From IMG/VR virus record IMGVR_UViG_3300007988_000043: a stretch of 34,753 nucleotides of DNA, one strand, 5' to 3'. This DNA is from a virus. Positions 17,816 to 27,847 of the stretch are shown here, piece after piece. The notes under the pieces are model-generated. The model worked only from the letters and a program-made list of their open reading frames with translations, was not told where the DNA came from and did not search any database. The translations under genes were made by a program, and so were the position numbers. Numbering within the stretch: the first letter of the stretch is position 1; every line of letters begins with the position of its first letter.

Positions 17816-17817
17816 AA

Positions 17818-18534
17818 TTATATCGATCCATAAATTGAGGCAAGCCCAATTGCATTGTTTGTTGAATTTAAAAGCGCTGGCGTATTAATGATGCCTACAT
17901 CGAGCTCTGGAGCGCTAAAAACGTCATTCCTCGCCTTTTCAAGCGACATTTCGTCAACGTCTGTCCAGGTTGTTCCAACGTACTGACCAGCAATTTCCTT
18001 GGCGCACACATAGCGCAGATACTTTAAATAATATTCTGGAACATTGGTAATGTCTTGATACTGTACAAATTTAGAAATTTCTTGCTTACCATACACTTTG
18101 CATGGCAAAGCCAAGTTGGGAATTTGATAGAAAGACAAGATGGCTTGTGTTAAATTTCTCTTAAACAGCACCTCGCCAGGTATGGCATCATAAGGCTGCG
18201 GAAAAGTAGTACTGCCGAGCCTCAATTTTCTTGTTTCGGGAGACAAGCTATAGTTAACGCCATCCCAAAGGATATGAACAAACTCCACCTCGGTGAAGGG
18301 TTCTGTAGTCACGTCCGATTCGGTAAGCCCAAACGTGTAATCTTGCTGCGCAGGAACCATTGTAAAGTCCACTTCGGTAAAATAAGCGCATGTATTACCA
18401 CTGCGATTCAAACTGGATATCTCTTCATTTAAATAATAGAGCGCCTCCGCTTCATAAGCTGCACGCAGGTTTTCTTCAGAAAAGACAAAACCCACTTTCT
18501 TAAAAGCATATGCTATTAATTCTTCAACTTTCAT
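17818..18534 (-). CDS. head-tail adaptor candidate
   Basis: Position between the head genes and the tail hub only. Confidence 0.35.
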   Translation of the reverse strand: MKVEELIAYAFKKVGFVFSEENLRAAYEAEALYYLNEEISSLNRSGNTCAYFTEVDFTMVPAQQDYTFGLTESDVTTEPFTEVEFVHILWDGVNYSLSPETRKLRLGSTTFPQPYDAIPGEVLFKRNLTQAILSFYQIPNLALPCKVYGKQEISKFVQYQDITNVPEYYLKYLRYVCAKEIAGQYVGTTWTDVDEMSLEKARNDVFSAPELDVGIINTPALLNSTNNAIGLASIYGSI

Positions 18535-18552
18535 CGTTGGCGCTCCAATTAA

Positions 18553-18753
18553 TTAGCGATAACGCATATCGCGTTTTGCATCACGTGAAAGCTCACGAGC
18601 GGCAGTTTTATCGCGTCTTGCATCTCGTGAAAGACGCTTTTCGCGATCCCAGCCAGCTGAAGATCCGCGCTCTGCGTTATCTAGGCCGACTTTAATGGGA
18701 AAGCTAATAGACCGGGGTGCGTCTGACCCGTTACGACTATGATCAATTTTCAC
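18553..18753 (-). CDS. small Arg-rich basic protein with an internal 14-codon duplication
   Basis: GTG start with AAGGAG 7 nt upstream. SRDARRD and SRDAKRD are encoded by a 25-nt repeat (18567..18591 and 18609..18633). Confidence 0.5.
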   Translation of the reverse strand: MKIDHSRNGSDAPRSISFPIKVGLDNAERGSSAGWDREKRLSRDARRDKTAARELSRDAKRDMRYR

Positions 18754-18931
18754 TTTGATTCTCCTTTTTTAATTTCTTAGATGAAGGCTCTTTTTTTTCA
18801 ACACTCTTGGCCTCTACGCTCTCTGCCGGAATTCTTTTGCGGGTATAGCCCAGGCTGAGCAGAAAACTTACGTCCTCTGCACAACCAGCTAATTCTGCTC
18901 TTCCGGTTTTTGGTTCAAATAACATTTGCAT
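18743..18931 (-). CDS. hypothetical small head-module protein
   Basis: ORF directly downstream of the capsid gene with a Lys/Glu-rich tail. Confidence 0.5.
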   Translation of the reverse strand: MQMLFEPKTGRAELAGCAEDVSFLLSLGYTRKRIPAESVEAKSVEKKEPSSKKLKKENQSEN

Positions 18932-18942
18932 GTCTGTACCCC

Positions 18943-20142
18943 TTATGCCTGACTATATAAACGCATTGCGTATTGGTCATGCCATGCAAAGCCACAGAGC
19001 ACGTCCAAACGATACAAGTTGGCTGATTCATTAATGTCTGCAGCAGCAGCCAAACGAATAGCAATGTTGTATTTTTCGTCATACTTGACAAAGCACTCTG
19101 GGGTTTTTAGTTTTGGCAACGGAGGACAAACGATATCTAAGCCACTACGTGTAAATGCAATGTTAGGGGTATTTGACGCAATGCGGGTGATTGCTGCGCC
19201 CATCCCTGGCCTGCTATCCACATTTTGCAAGGTGCTTGTAGAATCCCAATTGATAGATGGAGAAACGGTAACCGTAGCCAAACCACCACCATCTGCATCT
19301 ACGTTGCTTTGAACAACAAATGTCATTAGGTTTCCGGTGCTCGTGTAGCGTAATGGAGCGACTGAGTACACATCTTCGATGCTGATAACATCCCCAGCTA
19401 ATAAAACGCCTGTTGCTCCAGGAGTAAATCCACTTAAGCTTAGAGTTGTGGCGCCATTTAAAGGCTGTGCTGCAACTACAGGCGATCCAGCAAGACTGCC
19501 TGCGGTAAAGCTATCAATAACCTCATCTTCGTAGATATCAAAGCCAGCAAAGCGACCTAACTTGCCATCCAGGATAATGTCTTCGTTAAACTGAGTATTG
19601 AAGGTATTATATAAAGAGCTGTTTAATGCAGCCGCATCTGGCGTGCCTACCACCAAACAACGATCTGCTTTTGACATTTGCAGTTTTGTCATTTTTCCTT
19701 GAGCTGTAAACAAGGCGCTTTGATCTAATGCAGACGATGTTGAACCAGTTGCATAATTCACCTGCGCAAGCGCAGCGGCATAGATATCTGCATTCATTTT
19801 TGCGTTGATAGCATCAATTGCAGGGTTAACAACCTGATCTGTAAAACTATCAAGATCGTACCCCTCTTCCAGCGTAGTCATATCAACCATCGTATGGTAT
19901 TGATGAGCCAAAGATACTTCTTGTACCGCATCGCTAATACCTTGGACAGTCGCACTTTGACCGTCTCCAGCTTTCAGGCGATTTCTCTTTCTGATCTTAA
20001 CTGTTTCACCAGGAACGTATGATTTTTGGGTAAAGTCCCCATTTAAACCACGTGAACCTTGATTAATAAACGCATTACTTGCAACAAATCGTGCAAGCAT
20101 GGTTTCCGAAACTAACTCACTAGTAATTAAACCGTTAGCCAT
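18943..20142 (-). CDS. major capsid protein (P22 coat-protein-like)
   Basis: 399 aa directly after the scaffold gene. The N-terminus MANGLITSELVSETMLARF ... GETVKIRKRNR fits the P22-type coat pattern. Confidence 0.85.
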   Translation of the reverse strand: MANGLITSELVSETMLARFVASNAFINQGSRGLNGDFTQKSYVPGETVKIRKRNRLKAGDGQSATVQGISDAVQEVSLAHQYHTMVDMTTLEEGYDLDSFTDQVVNPAIDAINAKMNADIYAAALAQVNYATGSTSSALDQSALFTAQGKMTKLQMSKADRCLVVGTPDAAALNSSLYNTFNTQFNEDIILDGKLGRFAGFDIYEDEVIDSFTAGSLAGSPVVAAQPLNGATTLSLSGFTPGATGVLLAGDVISIEDVYSVAPLRYTSTGNLMTFVVQSNVDADGGGLATVTVSPSINWDSTSTLQNVDSRPGMGAAITRIASNTPNIAFTRSGLDIVCPPLPKLKTPECFVKYDEKYNIAIRLAAAADINESANLYRLDVLCGFAWHDQYAMRLYSQA

Positions 20143-20159
20143 CTTTATCTCTCCTTTTT

Positions 20160-21002
20160 CTATTTACGCCGTCGGTTGACGTGCCTGAATAATTCGTCAT
20201 ATGACATTTGAGAAGTGCTTTTTGAGGCGCTTCCCGTGTTGTTTACGGAGACAGGTGGTGTTGGGGCTGCTGAGGCTACTTTCCTGTGTTTTTTAGCCAT
20301 AAATGCTTGGTAAAATTCGTTTGCTTTTACGATTCTCATTGTTTTTGAAAGCGTGCTAATTTCATCAAGCAAGTTCGGGTTATATTTCACCAGGTTGTAT
20401 GCAAATTCATCCGGATTAGGAATGTCATGCATAAACTCAACAACTTCTGGCGGCAGGTTAATGTCTTCTTGAAATACCACATCGAAATCATCAAATTTTT
20501 TATAGCCTTTTTTCAGCTTAGCGTTAAAGTCATTGCGCTTTCTTTCAAGATCCGCATTTCTTTGCATTTCTTGTCTGCTGCGCTCTTCATCCATATAAGT
20601 TTGCCTAACCACTTGTCTGACTATTTCTAAAGGGTCAGAGGGCTGCTCAGGATTGCTGGGCTGAGATGGAGCTTGTCTATTGCTAGACTCTCTCTCAAGC
20701 TTAAGCTTCAACATTTCCTGCTCAATTTCAGCGCGCTTTTCACGCTCCCTTTGCGCCTTTGCTTGCTCACGTTCCAGACGTGCTTTTACCCATGGCTCAA
20801 GTTGAGATTTAGTTTCGCTTTCAGGGTCGTCATATACCTTAAATTCCACTGATGGCGTGCTATTAACTTTTGCCTCAGGCTCAGCCTGCTCACTCTTTTT
20901 TTGAGTTACTTCTGGAGCCGCTTCGCTTTTAACTTCTGGTTTTGTTTGCTCCTGATTTACCGCTTGAGCTGGCGTTTTTTCTGTATTGTCTGTTTTTGAC
21001 AT
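20160..21002 (-). CDS. scaffolding protein
   Basis: Highly charged helical 280-aa protein located between the portal and capsid genes. Confidence 0.7.
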   Translation of the reverse strand: MSKTDNTEKTPAQAVNQEQTKPEVKSEAAPEVTQKKSEQAEPEAKVNSTPSVEFKVYDDPESETKSQLEPWVKARLEREQAKAQREREKRAEIEQEMLKLKLERESSNRQAPSQPSNPEQPSDPLEIVRQVVRQTYMDEERSRQEMQRNADLERKRNDFNAKLKKGYKKFDDFDVVFQEDINLPPEVVEFMHDIPNPDEFAYNLVKYNPNLLDEISTLSKTMRIVKANEFYQAFMAKKHRKVASAAPTPPVSVNNTGSASKSTSQMSYDELFRHVNRRRK

Positions 21003-21018
21003 GGTTTTTATCTCCTAT

Positions 21019-23214
21019 TTACCGGTAGTGGCCGTTAGAACCGCCATGACCCTGGCGTGTGGGGGCTGCAAGAGCCGTGTTTGATTTATGAATTTCGTGC
21101 ATGGCATTGAGAGCCGCTGATTGCATTTCTGCATTTGCTTTTACAATGTCTTTTTCAAGGCTTATTTGGTCGCCTTGTTTAGTAGCCTGTACTCTTTCCA
21201 GCTCTATTTGATTTTTAAGGCCAGATAGGTAGTTTTTAACCTCGTCATCTCTAGCTCGCTGCTCTAGGTCTTTTTCTTGAAGCTGAATTTTTTTATCTTC
21301 AATCTCATTTTTTTGCATCTGAGCTTGAACTTGAGGCGGAGGAGGCTGTTGTTGCTGCTGTTGTTGTTCCTGTTGGAATTGCTGCATTTCTTCCGGGCTC
21401 ATTTCTCCCGCTTGCATCAAGACTGGTTTCGGCACAAAAGCCTTAACACGCTTGACAAGCTGATTAGTGTTTGGAAGATCAATGTTTTCGGCAATCATGT
21501 CTGCCATGGCTGGCACAAATTCCTGAGGTAATAAGCCTGCGAACTGGGTTAGCTTCATGTACTCAATTTGTTTTTGAGCGCTAAACATTGGGCCCGCTGA
21601 AAGTTCAACACGCATTTTTTTGCGTGAAATTTGGTTTTTGTAATAAGCCTGCTCAGCCTCATACTGCCCATTATTATTTTGCTGGAGTCCGACAAACTCG
21701 TTAATGGTCGAAACCATTGGCTCACCCTTCTTATCTCGAGTGATAACGTCACGCTCGGTGTCATAAATGGCCGGCAACATGTCTAGGGCTACAAAGGCAA
21801 CAGTGACAATCCCTGTGCAGAGATTATTAAGCTGCAGATAACTGCCCATATTGTCTTGAACGATTCGATGCAAAAGCGCAGCGCCTGACACCTCATTTCC
21901 TGGCTGCCCTTGAGATGCGTCATGCCTTCCCAAAATATTCTGTATGTCACCACCCAAAAACTGCTGCATGTTCAAAAGATCTGGGCTAATCTGAGATGGA
22001 GCAACTTTCGTGGGCAACTGGCCATTTTTATCACGCTTAGCCAGTAAAATTCCGGCTTGCTCTTCAGGGTTCTGCCACATTTGCTTAATACCCTGTCCTT
22101 GCATGTTTTCAGGTGTGCCGATCCACTGCTCGCGGCGGAAGTTTTTAATTTGTTGAATAATTTGGTTTTTTGTATAGTTGAGAGCTCGCTGGCTGTCGTG
22201 AGCAAACTGACAAAAGCTTTTTATCTCTTGTTGCCCATGTCTAAAGCTGCTATCACCGTCAACGTATACAAGCGGCAAAACGGTTCCTGGCCAGTCTTTT
22301 TCTTCAATAATCTGATTACGCAACAGTTTGTAATATTTTATCTTTGAAACTTTGTCTCTTTTCTCTGCGATGATTTCTGGATATTGAGGCTCTGGCGGCT
22401 CGGGCTGCCCATTCAATGAGGATAAATATAGCTGCTGGGTATATTCTTGCTGTATTTTTTCCACCAAAGGCCCGTACTCTGCTTTGGTGCATGTTTCACC
22501 GCTCTTGAGCAAATATACGGTTGTCATTTTTTCTTCTTTGACCCAATGCTCAGCAATCACAATGTAGTCAGAAGGTTTTGTATAAAATGATCCTGAAGCA
22601 CCCATTACGTCCCAGGAAAAACCTGATGGTGACTTTATATCTGGATAATCCTTTTCAAAATCTTCTTTTGGCATTGCCACATGTCTGCCACAGAAGCGCC
22701 CAAGAACTTTGTTATCGTCTTCAGCGTCATAATCCCAATAGCAAAGCGTTGGGTCTTCTTCCTGTGAGATTTTGATTACTTGTTCAAATGACATTCCTGA
22801 TTCGTACTCAGGGTGAACGCGATAGGCTCCATAGCCTCCTGCGAGCTGATTAAAAAATACCTTATAAGTTTTTTGAGGCAAGTTTGAGTCGTAAAAAATC
22901 CCTCTCAAAATCCCTTCATTCAAGTCAACTTCCCACTGCTCCACATTTTTAGACGCGGGCATTACTACTACGTCAGGCGTGTTTTGAAGCTGCTCACCCA
23001 TTATGCTTTTCACAAATGAGTGCAGCACATTAAAGTTTAAACGGGTATTACGCTCCCGACCTTGCCATGATGCGCCTCTATTTTCATCCTGATACCCCAA
23101 TACAAAATCTAAATTATTGCGATATTTGCGCTTGTTCTTGTCCCAATATGATCCTGCCTTGTCTATTTGTTTAATGCAGTCTTCAAGAACTTTTGTGTTT
23201 TTATCGATAGCCAT
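21019..23214 (-). CDS. portal protein with a long C-terminal helical (barrel-like) extension
   Basis: 731 aa directly after the large terminase. C-terminal coiled coil with a Gln/Pro tract, as in P22-type portals. Confidence 0.85.
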   Translation of the reverse strand: MAIDKNTKVLEDCIKQIDKAGSYWDKNKRKYRNNLDFVLGYQDENRGASWQGRERNTRLNFNVLHSFVKSIMGEQLQNTPDVVVMPASKNVEQWEVDLNEGILRGIFYDSNLPQKTYKVFFNQLAGGYGAYRVHPEYESGMSFEQVIKISQEEDPTLCYWDYDAEDDNKVLGRFCGRHVAMPKEDFEKDYPDIKSPSGFSWDVMGASGSFYTKPSDYIVIAEHWVKEEKMTTVYLLKSGETCTKAEYGPLVEKIQQEYTQQLYLSSLNGQPEPPEPQYPEIIAEKRDKVSKIKYYKLLRNQIIEEKDWPGTVLPLVYVDGDSSFRHGQQEIKSFCQFAHDSQRALNYTKNQIIQQIKNFRREQWIGTPENMQGQGIKQMWQNPEEQAGILLAKRDKNGQLPTKVAPSQISPDLLNMQQFLGGDIQNILGRHDASQGQPGNEVSGAALLHRIVQDNMGSYLQLNNLCTGIVTVAFVALDMLPAIYDTERDVITRDKKGEPMVSTINEFVGLQQNNNGQYEAEQAYYKNQISRKKMRVELSAGPMFSAQKQIEYMKLTQFAGLLPQEFVPAMADMIAENIDLPNTNQLVKRVKAFVPKPVLMQAGEMSPEEMQQFQQEQQQQQQQPPPPQVQAQMQKNEIEDKKIQLQEKDLEQRARDDEVKNYLSGLKNQIELERVQATKQGDQISLEKDIVKANAEMQSAALNAMHEIHKSNTALAAPTRQGHGGSNGHYR

Positions 23215-24884
23215 TATCTGATCCCCTCGGCTTTGCGCATAAACATTGAAATGTCAATGTCTTCATCTTCGGGAAATTCAGCAAAATCGATTGAGCGACC
23301 ATCTGGACTTTTGACTTTATCTAAGATGCGCGAATCTGAATCGAGCATGTCGTCATGTACGGAGACTGGGAAGCAGTAATACTCCTCATCTCTAAAAACT
23401 TGATTTAAGTCTTGTCGTACGCCTTGATAGTCTGTGTAATAGCACTCTGAAGGCTGATATACTCGGCCATTTTTATAAAGGGGAATTAAACGTCTAATTC
23501 TGTCGAGCTTCGTTAGCCTTCCGCCGAGCTCAAAGATTTCAAAATGATAGTTGAGCTTGTCCATCTGCTCTTCAATGTAGTAGATGTCTGAATCTTTGCC
23601 GTAGCGTTCATATCCCACTCTCAAAGGCTTATATTTTTTATGCAGTCTGAAAAGAGCTTCTGCCCGCTCTCCTAGATCTAATCTGTCGCGCACACGATCT
23701 AAAATATAATAGTTCCGATCTGCTCCCAGGCCATAAACTGTAAAAGAGCTATAATCTGAGCCCTCTTTTTTTGCATTTGCTGGATCAATTAAAATATAAC
23801 GATTCATGCCAGACCAATCAGAAACTTTAGCGGTTTTAAGCCACTCGAGCTTAAAGCCTGCTGACTCGTCTTTTGTGGGGTCTTGCATCATTTGACATGC
23901 ATATTCATACGGGCCCATATTTCTAAGTTTCTTCTCAAGCTCTTTTTTGCTCTTTAAAACTGGCTTGTCTGTCAGTGATCCGTCTGAGGTGGGGCCATAT
24001 TTGCGGACTGTCACAGCTTTACGCTTGATCATTTCAGCGTAAGGGTCGTTAAGGTGATATCTCGTGCCTATATAGCGCGTGAATCCTCCCTCGGTTCCTA
24101 GATTTGTTGAAACTCCCCACGCCTCGATCACTTTGCGAATCATGTAGGGCGAGCGGATATGATCTTTAGTGACCAAGTCGTCATATACGGACACTAAGAA
24201 GTGTTTAGATGTTGGCTGACCTTCTACAACCCCCCACGCTTCAATTGTGGCTTCTTTCGGGTTTGACTTACGCTTTACCACCAATCCCGCGTCTTCAGAC
24301 CACTTTGGTGCATACTTCCCAGGGTTGTCGTAAAGAACATCGCAAAATGCGGTCTTTAATAGTTCGTTTGATTCAAACTCACGCTTTATTTGAGTTAAAA
24401 ATGCTTTTGCAATTGGGCGCGTGCAGCTAAAAATTACAATTGTCGCTTCTCTACCATGCCATTTGGGATCAGGATTAAAGCCATGCGATGACATTACATC
24501 TTGGATTGACAGCGCAAAAGTGATAATAGTCGACTTGTAGTGCTCTCGAGCCCATAAGTCTAAAAATTCATTTGGATCTTTTTGAACGTCCCAGCATCTA
24601 TCGATAAGCCAGTTGTTTAAAGCGTCTTTACGCCCCAGCACATAGAACAATAAAAAAAAGAGGTCGTTTCTTGCAAAATGCCTTACTAGAGCGTAATAAA
24701 TAGCAGAAGGCTCGGCCTCTAGTTGCTTGATAAACCCCTCATAAAACTGAGTTGTCTTAGTAGAATTTAGCCATTTGAGCACAAGCGGGTGCTTACTGAC
24801 GTCTTTTAAAACATGATCCTCAACGGTATCCTCAAATTGACCTTTGAACTCTACAAGTTCACGTTTAAATGCAGCTAAGCTCAT
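23214..24884 (-). CDS. terL: terminase large subunit
   Basis: 556 aa with an ATPase P-loop variant in LWAREHYKST and a C-terminal nuclease-type acidic region. Position is upstream of the portal. Confidence 0.85.
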   Translation of the reverse strand: MSLAAFKRELVEFKGQFEDTVEDHVLKDVSKHPLVLKWLNSTKTTQFYEGFIKQLEAEPSAIYYALVRHFARNDLFFLLFYVLGRKDALNNWLIDRCWDVQKDPNEFLDLWAREHYKSTIITFALSIQDVMSSHGFNPDPKWHGREATIVIFSCTRPIAKAFLTQIKREFESNELLKTAFCDVLYDNPGKYAPKWSEDAGLVVKRKSNPKEATIEAWGVVEGQPTSKHFLVSVYDDLVTKDHIRSPYMIRKVIEAWGVSTNLGTEGGFTRYIGTRYHLNDPYAEMIKRKAVTVRKYGPTSDGSLTDKPVLKSKKELEKKLRNMGPYEYACQMMQDPTKDESAGFKLEWLKTAKVSDWSGMNRYILIDPANAKKEGSDYSSFTVYGLGADRNYYILDRVRDRLDLGERAEALFRLHKKYKPLRVGYERYGKDSDIYYIEEQMDKLNYHFEIFELGGRLTKLDRIRRLIPLYKNGRVYQPSECYYTDYQGVRQDLNQVFRDEEYYCFPVSVHDDMLDSDSRILDKVKSPDGRSIDFAEFPEDEDIDISMFMRKAEGIR

Positions 24885-25402
24885 TTGCGGGCAGCCCCCT
24901 GCATTTTCTTGATTTCAGCAAATTCTTCTTTAATTGCACTGAACTCAACGAGCTGCATCTCTTTAAAAAGAATATCTGCAAACGCCGTCATCTCTTGAGT
25001 ACCTATGTGACCATCAGCACAAGCTTGCTTGATCTTGGCCAGTTGAATATGCAACGGGTCGGTATTGTCCAGCTCCAATTTTTTGCCGAACAACCCGCGC
25101 CCTTCAAGCGCCAACCACTGTTGCATAGCTTTTGTATCTCGCTCTTCTCTGCCAGTTTGCTTGTTCACGCCTGCATAAATCGCGGCTGCATACAAGTTTG
25201 AGCTGACAACAGACCCACGCTTGGCCCGAGCATCTTTTATTGCATCTGCAAACTCTCTACAAAAAGTATCAAGATCGATCGGTTTTTGGGTTTCAGGATT
25301 AAGAATGTCTAGTCGCACACCTTGAGCTAGCTCGCCTGTCTGTAACCGCTTAAACACTTCTTTTTTCTGTGATTCGGTGGCTGTAAAATTTTTTTTAGAC
25401 AT
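24881..25402 (-). CDS. putative terminase small subunit
   Basis: 173 aa with a 4-nt overlap with terL. It is the first gene after a 155-bp gap. Confidence 0.5.
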   Translation of the reverse strand: MSKKNFTATESQKKEVFKRLQTGELAQGVRLDILNPETQKPIDLDTFCREFADAIKDARAKRGSVVSSNLYAAAIYAGVNKQTGREERDTKAMQQWLALEGRGLFGKKLELDNTDPLHIQLAKIKQACADGHIGTQEMTAFADILFKEMQLVEFSAIKEEFAEIKKMQGAARK

Positions 25403-25556
25403 AGCGAGTCCGTTTATTTTGGTGCGCTATGAGTCCTCTAATTTGAGAGTCGATAAACATAGCCTGAAGAGTTAAGATCTTTAGGCTATTAAAGGGTTAT
25501 AGGATGTCTGGGCATAAGTGGGGAGAAGGTACGCCTTTTTTTACAATGGCTGCAGC

Positions 25557-25925
25557 TTAAATAGAGGAATTTTTACGCATAACCAAACAATGCACATCTT
25601 TGAGTGAGATTTTGCGCTTTAAAAGGCCAAGTTGATCAAATATTCGAGAAGGTTTTTCGGATATCTTCACATTGGGGAGGTTGGGCAAGAGCTTATGATA
25701 TTCGGCCTGTGCTACATGGATACTTTTAACATATCCGATTATATTTTCAGTAGATTCTAGACTAAAAATTTCTTTAAACTTAAGAGCGCTACGCTTAGGT
25801 ACTCTGAGCTTTTTTTTCTCATAAGCTTTCACCGTGCTTGGGCTTCTCTCAATTTTAAGCGCAAGCTCTTTTTGAGTATATCCGGCTTTTATGCGCAGGT
25901 ATTTTAAGTAATTAATAGTTGGCAT
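25557..25925 (-). CDS. XRE-type helix-turn-helix DNA-binding protein
   Basis: N-terminal YLRIKAGYTQKELALKIERSPSTVKAYEKKK is a classic HTH. Confidence 0.7.
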   Translation of the reverse strand: MPTINYLKYLRIKAGYTQKELALKIERSPSTVKAYEKKKLRVPKRSALKFKEIFSLESTENIIGYVKSIHVAQAEYHKLLPNLPNVKISEKPSRIFDQLGLLKRKISLKDVHCLVMRKNSSI

Positions 25926-26192
25926 TTAAAATCCTTTTAAATTTAATCTACCTATTAAATAATTAAGAATAAATCTATTAATAAGTAATAATTGCGTCGC
26001 GTCCTTCTCTTTATTTTCGGCTTTTAAAAATGTAGAAATATAAGTACCAATTTCCAAAATAGATGCGTGTGGATTTTTATACAAAAATGATTCAATCAAC
26101 GATTTAAAAGTTTCGAAAATGACATTTATGGGGGTGGAATCAAATTTAATCTCAAGCAACATACCCGGCCCACTCCCTTTCAAATCAACCAT
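25926..26192 (-). CDS. hypothetical protein
   Basis: ATG 26192 overlaps the upstream stop by 8 nt, and its own stop abuts the next ATG. Confidence 0.55.
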   Translation of the reverse strand: MVDLKGSGPGMLLEIKFDSTPINVIFETFKSLIESFLYKNPHASILEIGTYISTFLKAENKEKDATQLLLINRFILNYLIGRLNLKGF

Positions 26193-26763
26193 AATGCACC
26201 TGCGCCTTTCTGTCCTCTGCCTGGATATACCAATACAAATCGGTATCGGTTAAGCCGTTTAAATGAGCAATTAAGCGCGCCGTATTTCTTAATTCAAACT
26301 TACGTCTTCGCGTATAAGGAAAACTAATAGTCTCGTAAATCTTCCATTTTCGGACGCACTCAATACGTGCGATATTTTGTGAGCACTCCAGATCTGCCTG
26401 CGAAAACAACAAAAATCCGTCCCCATAACAATTGATGAAATAATCAATTAGTGGCAATCGGACACCACCCTTTATTTTTTTTAAAATTTGATTTTTGGTG
26501 AGGCGAGTTTTTGTGTCTGAAGATTTTGAGATATAGTATTTTTTATTATCCACTGTGATTTTTAAATAAGGGATGTCTTTTTTAAAAATTGCTTCTAGAA
26601 TTTGCACTCCCAGCTGTAGGTAAAATTTAGGATGAAGGCCGTCAAGAGTGATTGTTTTCCACACCTTTTCTGCAACTTCATGGGGGGTCAGATTTTTATC
26701 TTTTCTGTGTAATTGCACAGCCTCAAATCTAATGTGGTCACAAAGTGTTTCAAGTACCAACAT
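26185..26763 (-). CDS. hypothetical protein
   Basis: ATG 26763 follows AAGGAG; the track start at 26790 has no SD. Confidence 0.55.
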   Translation of the reverse strand: MLVLETLCDHIRFEAVQLHRKDKNLTPHEVAEKVWKTITLDGLHPKFYLQLGVQILEAIFKKDIPYLKITVDNKKYYISKSSDTKTRLTKNQILKKIKGGVRLPLIDYFINCYGDGFLLFSQADLECSQNIARIECVRKWKIYETISFPYTRRRKFELRNTARLIAHLNGLTDTDLYWYIQAEDRKAQVHYG

Positions 26764-27310
26764 AATCAGTCCACTCCTTAATAAACTCATCCAACGTATA
26801 GCAAACGCAGCAATAATAGCCTGAGTCTGTTAGTTTTTTCATCATTTCAGACTGAATTTTTGTTGGTTTATTTTTGGCTGCTTTTAGTTCGCAGAAGAAG
26901 CCGTTATAAGTCCTTTCAGCCGCAAAAAGCATCACTGCGTTGTTTGGATTTTTCCACATCGCCGGATCGATAGTCACCGTCTTTAACTTCAAAGGTGGTC
27001 TGGGTGGGCGCACCATTGTGCTTGTCACAGGTATAAAAATATCCGGCACGCCAGGCTTAACGCCCAATAGTCTCGCTAAAGATTGTTGCCATACTCCGCG
27101 CCTACCTTCATTCTGCGTGTGCCACCATAAAAGATCAGGGTATTTATCATGCAGATATTTAGAAACTTGAATAGCAAGCACTTCTTCAGGTTTTTTAAAC
27201 TTATGAGCCCAAATATCATAAAGCTCTTTCCAAGTCAGCTTGCGGCAGCCTTTCTTCTTTGCGAGCCTCCGATACTCTTCTACACTAATGCATGCGTCTT
27301 CAGGCTTCAT
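26750..27310 (-). CDS. VRR-NUC-like PD-(D/E)XK nuclease
   Basis: GVPDIFIP ... FFCELKAAKNKPTKIQ matches the D ... ExK ... Q core of VRR-NUC domains. Confidence 0.6.
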   Translation of the reverse strand: MKPEDACISVEEYRRLAKKKGCRKLTWKELYDIWAHKFKKPEEVLAIQVSKYLHDKYPDLLWWHTQNEGRRGVWQQSLARLLGVKPGVPDIFIPVTSTMVRPPRPPLKLKTVTIDPAMWKNPNNAVMLFAAERTYNGFFCELKAAKNKPTKIQSEMMKKLTDSGYYCCVCYTLDEFIKEWTDYVGT

Positions 27311-27413
27311 TGCTGCCCCTAACTACTGTTAACCCACATTGCGCTCTTTTTGCAAGATTGATATATCGTTTTTTAAGCTCACCCAATCGCTCTAAATCTC
27401 TTTTTAGTTTCAT
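27300..27413 (-). CDS. 37-aa coiled-coil micro-ORF
   Basis: ATGA overlap with the upstream stop, and its stop overlaps the next start. Below the track size cut-off. Confidence 0.35.
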   Translation of the reverse strand: MKLKRDLERLGELKKRYINLAKRAQCGLTVVRGSNEA

Positions 27414-27847
27414 TTTTCTTTCTTCACCCCTTTTTTATCTGTCTGAGGCTTGCGTTGTGCTGCTGTGTTTGACTTTCTCGCCTTGGGTAATGCTCTGGTA
27501 CCTAAAAGGGGTGATTTTTTCACTACAGTCTGTTTTTGGGAGCCTGTACCAGAAAGTTGCGCCTGTAGCTTTTTTATTTCTTCATCCTTGTCTCGAACCA
27601 TATATCCAAGCTTAACCTTTGCCCTTTCTCTTTCATCGGCTGCTTTCATCCAGCCTTCACAATTTCTGTTGAGTGCATTGATTTGAACTTTTAGCTCACC
27701 AATCAATTTACGCAAGTTTTTACCTTCGTCTTCTAAAATTTCAACACGACTTAGGCGCTTTTTATTGTCTTGTCCCAGTTGGTGATTAACCACGAGAAGC
27801 CGATCGATTTGTCCGGCTTGAAAAATCCATTTTTTAATAAAGTTCAT
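27410..27847 (-). CDS. coiled-coil protein with a basic C-terminus
   Basis: ATG 27847 (MNFIKKWIF) forms an ATGA overlap with the upstream frame. Confidence 0.6.
   Translation of the reverse strand: MNFIKKWIFQAGQIDRLLVVNHQLGQDNKKRLSRVEILEDEGKNLRKLIGELKVQINALNRNCEGWMKAADERERAKVKLGYMVRDKDEEIKKLQAQLSGTGSQKQTVVKKSPLLGTRALPKARKSNTAAQRKPQTDKKGVKKEK

Noticed and set aside
21335-21385. Gln/Pro tract (QQQQQQQPPPP) in the portal C-terminus, considered as a separate repeat element
   Set aside because: It is a short in-frame low-complexity tract within the helical portal extension, with no independent feature.
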